Of a DNA stretch of 64,000 nt, positions 42,458 through 51,404 are shown piece by piece; positions within the stretch are counted from its first letter, which is position 1; every line of letters begins with the position of its first letter. The stretch comes from a bacterium (GTDB lineage: Bacteria; Hinthialibacterota; Hinthialibacteria; Hinthialibacterales; Hinthialibacteraceae), in the NCBI GenBank assembly GCA_963663405.2, contig CAXXSM010000070.1, positions 32,001 through 96,000 of the forward strand, read 5' to 3'. Made by a program: the position numbers and the translations under genes. Under the pieces are notes generated by a model, which saw only the letters and a program-made list of their open reading frames with translations, was not told the DNA's origin and ran no database searches.

Positions 42458-42690
42458 ATTTAAATTCCAGAAAATGTAAAGGTTATACGACAGGCTTTCT
42501 GTCTATTCTTATGATAAACTAATCTTTCTTCAATCAGGGCGATCAATAGAACACGCCCAACGCTCCAAATACTCAGATTATACCAGATAGGTGGATAGCC
42601 GTGGAGCATTTCATCATATAGGTTACACCAAGAGGGAACAACCGGGATGAATCCTTGTTTGTTTTTTTTTGACGCGGTATAGTCACCATC

Positions 42691-44532
42691 ATGAATTTAT
42701 ATGAAGAGAATTTATCGGCTTTGCGTCAAGTCCGGCCGGAACTGGCGGCGCGGGTGGAGTCTCTCCCTGCTGTGGAGTCCTATCGTATGATCGAAACGCC
42801 ATCCGGCGCGCCGTCATTGGAGAGGATCGATGAGTCAGGCCGGCGCCTATTGTGGCACAGTGGACGCGATCCTTTGCGGGAAGCGGAGAGGGAGATCGCA
42901 TCGATTGACTCTTCGCGTGTTTATCTGCCTCTTTTCGCGGGGATTGGATTGGGATACACGCTGCGCATGATGTGGGACCGGCGGCGGGGTGAGTTTTTCG
43001 ATCTGATCGTCCTTGAACGGGATCCACAGATCTTCCGGCTGGCGATGCGAACTGTCCGGCTCAGTGATATTTTTTTGGAACCACGGGTTCGTATCTTTGT
43101 GGGGCCCGATCTTGACGGCTGGCCCGTAATGGTGGGATCGCTTCTGCCTGCGATTATGAGCTGTCATTTGCAGACGATTCCCCATACTCCTTCACAGCGT
43201 TGTTTTACATCTTTCTATCAGTCCGCGTTCACGATTTTAAAAGAGCGCGTTCAACGGACGCAGGCTGAATTCGATCTGATGGTCCGGTCCGGGTCTAAGA
43301 TTCAGGAGAACTTGTGGAGGAATCTTCCGTCAGCCGTAGACGCGGCCGGTCTTCATGATGCGAAGAATATCCTAAAGGGAAAACCAGCGGTGGTTGTGGC
43401 GGCGGGGCCTTCTCTCGATCGAAATGTACAGTATTTAAAAGACGCGCGGGATGGTTGCGCGATTATCGCAGTCGATACCGCCTATCGGACGCTTCAGAAA
43501 TGTGGGATTGAGCCTCATCTTGTTGTATCCACCGATCCGACGGAATTGAACCGCCGGCATTTTGAGGGGATTGATCCGGCTCCGGAAACGATTCTCGCGT
43601 TTGATCCAGAGGTGGATTCTTTTATTCCCAATCAGTGGCCCCAGCGGCGTTTGTTACTGAATTTAGAGAAATGCGTGTGGACGCGATGGTTGGAGAAGGT
43701 GTGTGGACCCTATGGGTATCTGCCGAAGGGGGGATCGGTGGGGCATACCGCCTTTTATCTCGCGCGAGCGTTGGGGGCCGATCCGATTCTCTTCGCCGGT
43801 TTAGATCTGGCGTTCTCATCAAAAGGTGGGAAGACGCACACTGCGTCGTCGGCGCTCGTTCGTGGGCATGGGGTGATTGAGGCGGGTGTTGATTGCGCTG
43901 CATTAGGCCCGAGGGAGGGGACGGGAGAGTTGCAAGAATCGATCGTCTGGGTTCCCGGTGTGATGGAAGAACGGGTTCCTACTTCTCGTGTGATGGCCAT
44001 CTATATAGGGCAATTCCAAGAGGAGTTCAAGTGGACAACGGCGCGATTAATCGATGCGACAGAAGGTGGGGCGCGGTTGGAAGGGACCGAGATTATGCCG
44101 TTGCAGGAGGCGATTGAACGGTTTGTTGATCCTGCGGAACGAATCACAGAACGATTTGCAGTCATTCAAGCGCCTGCGCGGGATCGGGATAACCTGCGGG
44201 AAGAGAACTGCCGGATATCCATCGCGCTTCAGAATTCGAAAGCAATCGCTGAAAGAGGATTGGAGCAATGCCGGACGCTTGCTCAAAGAACGATGCAAGG
44301 GGTGGCATTGACGGCATGTCCTGAATGGAAGGAAATGGAGGACTGTTTTTCCGTTCTTTATCAATCAGAAGCGTTGAAAATCGCTATGGAACAGGCGCTT
44401 TTTTCCGCTGTCTATTACTTCATTCAAAAAGAACGCCCGGAAGAGACGGCGCTTCGGCTTTCAAAATATAGAAATTATTTTGAAACATTTCTCGCGCTTC
44501 AACCACGTTTTCTTGCGTTAGTTAAAGCGTGA
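42691..44532 (+). CDS. Motility-associated factor (Maf/DUF115) glycosyltransferase family
   Basis: N-terminal YEENLSAL..LWHSGRDPLREA..GIGLGY; VVAAGPSLDRN, AVDTA, GGSVGH, GLDLAF, IDATEGGA. Confidence 0.88.
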   Translation: MNLYEENLSALRQVRPELAARVESLPAVESYRMIETPSGAPSLERIDESGRRLLWHSGRDPLREAEREIASIDSSRVYLPLFAGIGLGYTLRMMWDRRRGEFFDLIVLERDPQIFRLAMRTVRLSDIFLEPRVRIFVGPDLDGWPVMVGSLLPAIMSCHLQTIPHTPSQRCFTSFYQSAFTILKERVQRTQAEFDLMVRSGSKIQENLWRNLPSAVDAAGLHDAKNILKGKPAVVVAAGPSLDRNVQYLKDARDGCAIIAVDTAYRTLQKCGIEPHLVVSTDPTELNRRHFEGIDPAPETILAFDPEVDSFIPNQWPQRRLLLNLEKCVWTRWLEKVCGPYGYLPKGGSVGHTAFYLARALGADPILFAGLDLAFSSKGGKTHTASSALVRGHGVIEAGVDCAALGPREGTGELQESIVWVPGVMEERVPTSRVMAIYIGQFQEEFKWTTARLIDATEGGARLEGTEIMPLQEAIERFVDPAERITERFAVIQAPARDRDNLREENCRISIALQNSKAIAERGLEQCRTLAQRTMQGVALTACPEWKEMEDCFSVLYQSEALKIAMEQALFSAVYYFIQKERPEETALRLSKYRNYFETFLALQPRFLALVKA

Positions 44533-44793
44533 AAAAGTTAACCGGATCAGTTAAGTGTTATATAATCGTATTATTCCTTTTAATTAAATAATTAAAAATA
44601 TATGATTGATCGTGTGATTTTCTCTTGCATAATATCTTTCTTGTATTAGAATTTATTTATCATTTTGAATGAAAATGCGGATTTTGAATTTGGATTGATG
44701 TAGTATTTTTCATAGGTCAAAGATTGTCTTTTTTGTATTGTTATCGATTGATTCAAAGGGGAGAGATTATCCTATTATTCTTTAATCATTATT

Positions 44794-45771
44794 TTGGGTT
44801 CGGGATTTTTAATCATGGGGAATGTTGAATTTCAAGATTACGCAAGACTGTCCAACAATCTATTCCGGCTTCTTTCTTCCACGAAAACAAAAGAAGAATT
44901 GATCGTATGTATGGTCATTTTAGTCCAGGAAGAGATCAATGTGGAATCTGTTGGGATCCGGTTTAAAGACGGCCATGATTATCCATATTATTTCACACGG
45001 GGATTCGCGCAGGATTTTGTGGAAAAAGAGATGTATCTCTGCGCGCTGGATCAAGAAGGAGAAATGATCCGTGATTCGGATGGGAATCCGGTGCTTGAGT
45101 GCATGTGTGGAAATATCATTGCGGGGCGAACGGATCCGAACCTTCCTTTTTTTACACATGGCGGCAGTTTTTACTCCAATTGCACGAGTGAGTTGTTAGC
45201 CAATACAACCGAGGAGGAAAGACAATCCAGAACTCGGAACCGGTGCAATGGAGAGGGATATGAATCCGTCGCATTGATACCCATAAAAACAGATGGCGTA
45301 ATCTATGGATTGCTCCAATTGAACGATCGCCGAAAAGATGTATTCACGCCGATGATGATTTCTTTTTTAGAAGGCGCCGCTTCGGTTATCGCGATACTTT
45401 TTTCTTTTATTCAAGCGAAGGAGATTCTTTCTAAGCATGTAGATGATGTGAATCGGTTGATTGATTTGCGAAAAACGATGGTTGAACAGATCGCGTCTGA
45501 CTTGAAAGAGAGCAGCGCCCAGAATGGAAAAGGATTGACCGCGGCGCCGGTTCACGAAAAACTTGATGAATTGTTACGTGAAATGGTGATCCTGAAGGGC
45601 ATTATTCCTATTTGCTGCCGATGTAAGAGAATACGAAATCATTCGGATGATTGGGAGCCTGTCGAATCCTATATCCACAGCCGGTCAAAAGCGGATTTTA
45701 CACATACCTATTGTCCGGATTGCTTAGAGATTGCTATGAAAGAAATTGATGAGTTGGGTAAGAAATTATAG
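44794..45771 (+). CDS. Cys-rich GAF sensor with a C-terminal CxxC...HxxCxxC module
   Basis: DYPYY..LECMCGNI..RNRCNGEGYESVALIPI..GLLQLND; IPICCRCKRIR..FTHTYCPDC. Confidence 0.8.
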   Translation: MGSGFLIMGNVEFQDYARLSNNLFRLLSSTKTKEELIVCMVILVQEEINVESVGIRFKDGHDYPYYFTRGFAQDFVEKEMYLCALDQEGEMIRDSDGNPVLECMCGNIIAGRTDPNLPFFTHGGSFYSNCTSELLANTTEEERQSRTRNRCNGEGYESVALIPIKTDGVIYGLLQLNDRRKDVFTPMMISFLEGAASVIAILFSFIQAKEILSKHVDDVNRLIDLRKTMVEQIASDLKESSAQNGKGLTAAPVHEKLDELLREMVILKGIIPICCRCKRIRNHSDDWEPVESYIHSRSKADFTHTYCPDCLEIAMKEIDELGKKL

Positions 45772-45775
45772 GATT

Positions 45776-46501
45776 CTATTCCGGCGTATTAGCGATTAAA
45801 TCCGAGTGTTTTACGATTTCCATTGTATAGTCGATGGAATCGGTCACATGAAATAGATTGAGGTCCGCTTGGGATATTTTACCATCTTTGACAAGCCGGT
45901 TGGTGATCCAATCCAGCAGGCCCTGCCAGTAATCGCTATCAAAAAGAATCACGGGGAATTTTTTCATGCGGTGGGTTTGGATCAATGTGAGTGATTCAAA
46001 CAATTCATCCAAGGTGCCGAATCCACCGGGAAAGATAACGAACGCGATTGAGTATTTTAGCAGCATGACCTTACGGACGAAGAAATAGTGATAGTCCAAA
46101 CCGGTGGTGATATAGGGATTGGGTTTTTGTTCCATCGGGAGCTGGATATTAAGACCGACGGATACGCCGCCGGATTCAAACGCGCCCCGGTTGGCGGCTT
46201 CCATGATTCCTGGCCCTCCGCCGGTGAAAATGGAGAAACCTTCCTCAGCGGCGCGCTTGCCAAGTTTGTGGGCTTTTTGATAGTGAAGGTGATCTTCCGG
46301 TGTACGGGCGGATCCAAAAACGGTTACCGCGTGCGGTAATTCACCCAATCGTTCAAATGACTCCGCAAATTCAGCCATGATGCGGAACACACGCCATATG
46401 TCCCCGACTCCCAGCTCGTTTACTAGATACTGCCTTCGATCTAAATCGTTGTTTTTTTCGTCTGGGATGATGGGAGTCCAGGCGTGATTGTTATTATCCA
46501 T
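45776..46501 (-). CDS. LOG family (TIGR00730-like) nucleotide monophosphate nucleosidase
   Basis: VFGSAR, TGGGPGIMEAANRGA, YFFVRK, FPGGFGTLDE. Confidence 0.92.
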   Translation of the reverse strand: MDNNNHAWTPIIPDEKNNDLDRRQYLVNELGVGDIWRVFRIMAEFAESFERLGELPHAVTVFGSARTPEDHLHYQKAHKLGKRAAEEGFSIFTGGGPGIMEAANRGAFESGGVSVGLNIQLPMEQKPNPYITTGLDYHYFFVRKVMLLKYSIAFVIFPGGFGTLDELFESLTLIQTHRMKKFPVILFDSDYWQGLLDWITNRLVKDGKISQADLNLFHVTDSIDYTMEIVKHSDLIANTPE

Positions 46502-46652
46502 AGGTACGCTCCTTCAATAATGTATATCAATTGGAATAGTGTACATGAGCCCTGTTCTTATGGATAGAGTTTTAAAAAACGGTTCTATAGTATTCCTTCC
46601 CCTTCGCATCCAGCGCCGGGCATGGACAATGATAGGGCAGGAGAGCGCATGA

Positions 46653-47660
46653 ATGAATACTCTGTCGATTGGATCGAAAACGATTGGAAAAGAATCGCCC
46701 TGTTTTATCATCGCCGAAGGGGGATTGAACCATAACGGGAATCTGGAATTCGCGGCGCGGATGATAGAGGAAGCGGCCGATTGTGGCGCTGACGCGGTGA
46801 AATTTCAAACGTATACAACACATGAACTCTTTCCGCCCAACCATCCTGAATGGAATCGATTTCAACAGATGGTTTTCAACCGGGAAGAGTATGAACGCTT
46901 GCAGCGTATTGCGGACGAGAAGGGAATTCTTTTTCTTTCAACTCCATTCGATGAAGCGAGCTCGGATCTATTGGAAACCATCGGAGTTCCGGCGTTCAAG
47001 GTGGGATCTGGTGAGGTGACGCATCTCACGTTTTTGAATTATCTGGCCGAAAAAGGGAAACCGATGATTCTTTCGACGGGGATGTCTACGTGGAATGAAT
47101 TAGACGCCGCTGTGCAAACGATCCGTGACGCGGGGAATGAATCGTTCTGTTTACTTCATTGTGTATCGGCTTATCCCTGTCCACCGGAAGAAGCGAATCT
47201 CCGCATGGTTACAGCATTGCGGGAACGGTATAACATCCCGATTGGATTTTCCGATCATACGGAAACAGACATTGCCGCGCTGGCCTCTATCGCGCTGGGG
47301 GCTTGTGTGATTGAGAAACATTTTACGCTCTCGCGGAACCTGCCCGGTTGGGATCACTTTTTTTCTTACGACCCCAAGCAGTTCAAGCGCTTCGTGGATT
47401 CTATCCGGGAACTGGAACGGGCGCTTGGAGCGGGGGAGAAGCGCGTCAGCCAATCCGAAGAATCAATTCACGCGATCGCGCGGCGATCGATCTATGCGCG
47501 GAAGGATATAAAGGCGGGGGATATTTTAACAACGGACGCTGTTATTGTGAGGCGGCCGGTTGGGCCTCTATCCGCTGATTGTCTTCCGGAATTACTGGGT
47601 AAGAAGATTCAACGGGATATCCACGCGGGGACTCCTCTTCAGCCAGGTGACGCGCAGTAA
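46653..47660 (+). CDS. neuB: NeuB-family nonulosonic acid synthase with SAF domain
   Basis: IIAEGGLNHNG, DAVKFQ, STPFD, ILSTGM, LHCVSAYP, GFSDHT, IEKHFT. Confidence 0.9.
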   Translation: MNTLSIGSKTIGKESPCFIIAEGGLNHNGNLEFAARMIEEAADCGADAVKFQTYTTHELFPPNHPEWNRFQQMVFNREEYERLQRIADEKGILFLSTPFDEASSDLLETIGVPAFKVGSGEVTHLTFLNYLAEKGKPMILSTGMSTWNELDAAVQTIRDAGNESFCLLHCVSAYPCPPEEANLRMVTALRERYNIPIGFSDHTETDIAALASIALGACVIEKHFTLSRNLPGWDHFFSYDPKQFKRFVDSIRELERALGAGEKRVSQSEESIHAIARRSIYARKDIKAGDILTTDAVIVRRPVGPLSADCLPELLGKKIQRDIHAGTPLQPGDAQ

Positions 47661-48973
47661 TGAGCCAAACCAATATTAAAAATCAAACAATTCGAACAGC
47701 CAATATCACCGAACTGGACGCCAAGGGAAGGGGTGTGGGGGAAACGGAAACCGGTGGGAAGGTGTTCGTTCCCTATACACTGCCGAGTGAACGGGTGGAA
47801 GTAATCAGACAGCCCCGCAAGCAGGCGGATTTAACGCAGGTCTTAGAAGCGTCGCCTCATCGTGTGGAGGGACGGTGCCGTCATTTCATGAATTGCGGTG
47901 GCTGCGCGTGGCAGCATATTGATCCTGAATATCAGCTGCGGCTTAAGCGCGAATTAGTGGCGAAGAGGTTCCAGCTAAACGGCGTTGATATTGACGCGCA
48001 ATCGATCCCGATTGTATCGTCTCCCCCCTATCATTACCGGAACCGGATGGATTTTGTCTGGTGGTATGATGGCCGATTTGGATTACGCCGCCGGGGGAAA
48101 TGGCATTCGGTGGTTAATCTGGAAGAGTGTCATCTGTTTCCTGATGATGTGATGGAGGTTGCGCTGGAGATTAACCGGCGTGTTCATGACGCCGGGCTTC
48201 CTTTTCGTGATGGGAAGCGTGAATTGCGGGGATTGCGTTATTTGATTGTGCGGCGCGGAGTTTTCACAGGGGATTTGATGGTGAATTTCGTTACCGATCC
48301 AATGGAACTTCCATCGAGCTTGTGGGATGGATTGGATCGAGTGACCAGTGTTTATCAGCTGATCAATGATAACTTGAAGAATGATCAATCCGACGGGATT
48401 CCTTTCCATCTCGCTGGCGCCGACGCTTACCGGGAACGTATCGGGGAACATATGTTTTTTGTGGGGCCCCGGTCGTTTTTTCAACCGAATCCCATGGTCG
48501 CTGAATCGATGATCGAACATGCCGGGGGGATTCTGGATCTATCTGGAAGGACGAACCGGCGTTTGTTGGATTTATATTGCGGAATTGGTGTGTTTTCGAT
48601 TTGTTTGGCGGATCGATTTGAGCGGGGATGGGGGATTGAATTATCGGATGAAGCGATCGCCTTCGCGAAGCGGAACGTTTCGGACTCGCCGATTGAATTC
48701 TTCTGTCAAGATGCGATTGATCTGCCATTAGATATTGTGTCACAGACCAATACGTTAATCGTTGATCCTCCACGGGAGGGACTGCATCCCCGCGTGTTAA
48801 AGACTCTTCTCGCGCATCCGTTCCGCGATATTGTCTATGTGTCCTGCAAACCGGCTAAAGGAGTGGAAGAGATTGTCACTTTGATGGATCGGTATTCTCT
48901 ACGTTCGATTCATCTCTTCGATCAATTTCCTCAAACGCCGCATGTGGAGATGATTGTGCATTTGAGTAGCTAG
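47660..48973 (+). CDS. rlmD: RNA uracil-5 methyltransferase (RlmD/TrmA class)
   Basis: TRAM-like N-terminus, CRHFMNCGGC, YRNRM, FFQPN, LDLYCGIG, VDPPREG, YVSC, DQFPQTPHVE. Confidence 0.85.
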   Translation: MSQTNIKNQTIRTANITELDAKGRGVGETETGGKVFVPYTLPSERVEVIRQPRKQADLTQVLEASPHRVEGRCRHFMNCGGCAWQHIDPEYQLRLKRELVAKRFQLNGVDIDAQSIPIVSSPPYHYRNRMDFVWWYDGRFGLRRRGKWHSVVNLEECHLFPDDVMEVALEINRRVHDAGLPFRDGKRELRGLRYLIVRRGVFTGDLMVNFVTDPMELPSSLWDGLDRVTSVYQLINDNLKNDQSDGIPFHLAGADAYRERIGEHMFFVGPRSFFQPNPMVAESMIEHAGGILDLSGRTNRRLLDLYCGIGVFSICLADRFERGWGIELSDEAIAFAKRNVSDSPIEFFCQDAIDLPLDIVSQTNTLIVDPPREGLHPRVLKTLLAHPFRDIVYVSCKPAKGVEEIVTLMDRYSLRSIHLFDQFPQTPHVEMIVHLSS

Positions 48974-49007
48974 GTGTTTAGGTTGAAGACTGAAGGCTGA
49001 AGGTGAA
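48971..49007 (+). repeat. 37-bp direct repeat, copy 1 (copy 2 at 49873-49909)
   Basis: TAGGTRTTTAGGTTGAAGACTGAAGGCTGAAGGTGAA, 1 mismatch between copies; internal TGAAG-based heptamer periodicity. Confidence 0.85.
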
Positions 49008-49481
49008 CGACGGTTAAAAAACTTTTCTTTCGGCGTTTATGCAATATTAAGTGAGAAGGTGTGTGGTTTTTAAGGATGGTCTCGTTTTAATATGTATACT
49101 GGAGCGGTCATAATCTAAGTTTTTCAATTCATGTTTTTGCTTTCAACGGATTGGTATTTTGGTTAACGAGAAACGCAGATTATGACCGCACAGAGTATAT
49201 ATCAATCATCTGGGTAGCAAGGGGAAGGCTTTTTTCTCCCCTTGCATAATTTCCGGAATGTAGAGCCAGTAACGACAACGCCGCGCGGTGGCGGCTTTTA
49301 GATGAAAAACCTTGCCCTGGCCACCCGCTATCCGTTTTCATGGAAGATTGTGAAGCCGATTTAAGCGCCCAGGATTGAAATCCTCTGCTATTTTTAAATG
49401 TCACTGCGGGACAATAATAGAGTTATCCAGGATTTTACTCCTGGATAGAGTGCGCCTGTAGAAATTCCTACTGAAGAATCG

Positions 49482-49787
49482 TTATTCTTTCTTATCTTCT
49501 TCGGCTTTCTTCTTTTTCAGTTCAGCGGCTTCTTCGGCGAGGCGTTTCTTTTCCGCTTCTTCCTCGGCTTTTTTCTTGGCGGTGTATTCGGGTTCGAGTT
49601 TGATTTGATCGGAGGTGGCCCACACTTCACGTCCGTTTTCGAAACGAACCTTATGGCGCCGGATGGGTTCTTCCCGGCCGATCACTTCTCCTGCCATTCC
49701 AGGTTCCACGACGCTGTTTCCAATGGGGGCGATAAACGTCTTGGCGATCACTGGCGCGCCAACATCAAATAAAACAGTAACGCTCAT
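49482..49787 (-). CDS. Small SH3-like-fold protein with a charged K/E helical tail
   Basis: FDVGAPVIAK..GMAGEVIG..HKVRFENGREVW; RBS GAAAGGA before ATG 49787. Confidence 0.7.
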   Translation of the reverse strand: MSVTVLFDVGAPVIAKTFIAPIGNSVVEPGMAGEVIGREEPIRRHKVRFENGREVWATSDQIKLEPEYTAKKKAEEEAEKKRLAEEAAELKKKKAEEDKKE

Positions 49788-50054
49788 TGTATTTCCTTTC
49801 TCTTTCCGTAAAGGATATTGCGAAAGCATAGTGCTGGAATGGTGGATAGAGCAAGGGGGGAAGGGAATATTTTAGGTATTTAGGTTGAAGACTGAAGGCT
49901 GAAGGTGAAGGGCAAAAAATTGGAAGATAGGGCCCTTGAAAGTTAGGGAATCTTGCCGCAAGGTAGGGGCGTCTTTCGATGTATTTTTAAGGCAATGTGT
50001 AGAACTGTGTTTTTTTAATTCCGATTGGGAATGTGAATAGGGAGATTAGGGATT

Positions 50055-51404
50055 ATGCAAAAACCACGAATGAGTTTTTGGCAGATCTGGAATATGAGTT
50101 TTGGTTTTCTGGGGATTCAGTTTGGGTGGGGACTCCAGATGGCCAATATGAGTTCGATTTATGGGTATCTCGGCGCCGATCCGGATCAGATACCGATTCT
50201 CTGGTTGGCGGCTCCTCTGACGGGTTTAATCGTCCAACCGATCATCGGGTATATGAGCGACAGGACGTGGGGGCCTTTGGGCAGGAGGCGCCCGTATTTT
50301 TTGGCGGGGGCGTTGCTGAGTTCCTGCGCGTTACTATTGATGCCCAATTCGTCAGCGCTTTGGATGGCGGCGGGATTGCTCTGGATCTTGGACGCGTCGG
50401 TTAATGTGAGTATGGAACCGTTCCGGGCGTTTGTCGCCGATCTCCTGCCCGAAGAACAGCGTACGTTTGGTTTTGCGATGCAGAGTTTCTTGATCGGATT
50501 AGGGGCGGTGATCGCTTCGGCGCTTCCTTGGCTGATGATGCATGTGTTTGGGATTCAAAGTGAGAGCGCCGCGGGGGAGGAAAATCCTGTTATTCCTATC
50601 AATGTGAAATACTCATTTTATATCGGCGCTGTGGTTTTTATATTGGCGGTGTTATGGACGATTGTCCGGACCCGCGAATATCCTCCGGATGATCTGAAGG
50701 CGTTCGAGAAAGCGAAGGCTGAGAAGCGGGGAATATGGCCGGCGGTTCAGGAGATTTTTGTATCGATTCAGCAAATGCCCTCTACAATGCGTCAACTGGC
50801 CTGGGCGCAGTTTTTTACGTGGCTGTCGTTGTTTATGATGTGGTTGTTTTATGTGCCGGCTGTGGCGTTTCATGCGTTTGGCGCGTTGGAGGCGTCTACG
50901 AATGATCTGCAATATGTGGAAGGAACAGCGTGGGGTGGGGTATTGTTTTCAATTTATAATTTTACCGCCGTTCCTTTCGCGTTGGTGTTGCCTTTGATCG
51001 CCAAATCTGTGGGACGGAAGATGACGCATATAATTTGTTTGCTTTGCGGAGGGATGGGATTGTTGGCTTCATTTATTTTAATGGTGAATCCCTATCTTTT
51101 GATTGTATCGATGGTGGGAGTTGGGATCGCCTGGTCGAGTATTTTGGCTATGCCCTATGCGATTCTGGCGGGATCGTTACCCAAAGAAAAAACCGGTTTG
51201 TACATGGGGATATTTAATTTCTTTATTGTATTACCGCAGATCTGCGCGGCGCTGGGGGGTGGTTTGGTGATGAAATATCTATTTCAAAACAATTATTTGG
51301 TTGCGGTGATTGCTTCAGGGGGAAGTCTGGTGTTGGCGGCGCTATTTATGCTAAGAGTGGAGGATCGGCCGATGAGTGAAAAGGAGGCGTCAAATGAAGG
51401 GTAA
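50055..51404 (+). CDS. MFS maltose/sucrose-type transporter
   Basis: FWQIWNMSFGFLGIQFG, SDRTW..GRRRPYF, MEPFRAFVAD, GLYMGIFNFFIVLPQ. Confidence 0.92.
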   Translation: MQKPRMSFWQIWNMSFGFLGIQFGWGLQMANMSSIYGYLGADPDQIPILWLAAPLTGLIVQPIIGYMSDRTWGPLGRRRPYFLAGALLSSCALLLMPNSSALWMAAGLLWILDASVNVSMEPFRAFVADLLPEEQRTFGFAMQSFLIGLGAVIASALPWLMMHVFGIQSESAAGEENPVIPINVKYSFYIGAVVFILAVLWTIVRTREYPPDDLKAFEKAKAEKRGIWPAVQEIFVSIQQMPSTMRQLAWAQFFTWLSLFMMWLFYVPAVAFHAFGALEASTNDLQYVEGTAWGGVLFSIYNFTAVPFALVLPLIAKSVGRKMTHIICLLCGGMGLLASFILMVNPYLLIVSMVGVGIAWSSILAMPYAILAGSLPKEKTGLYMGIFNFFIVLPQICAALGGGLVMKYLFQNNYLVAVIASGGSLVLAALFMLRVEDRPMSEKEASNEG

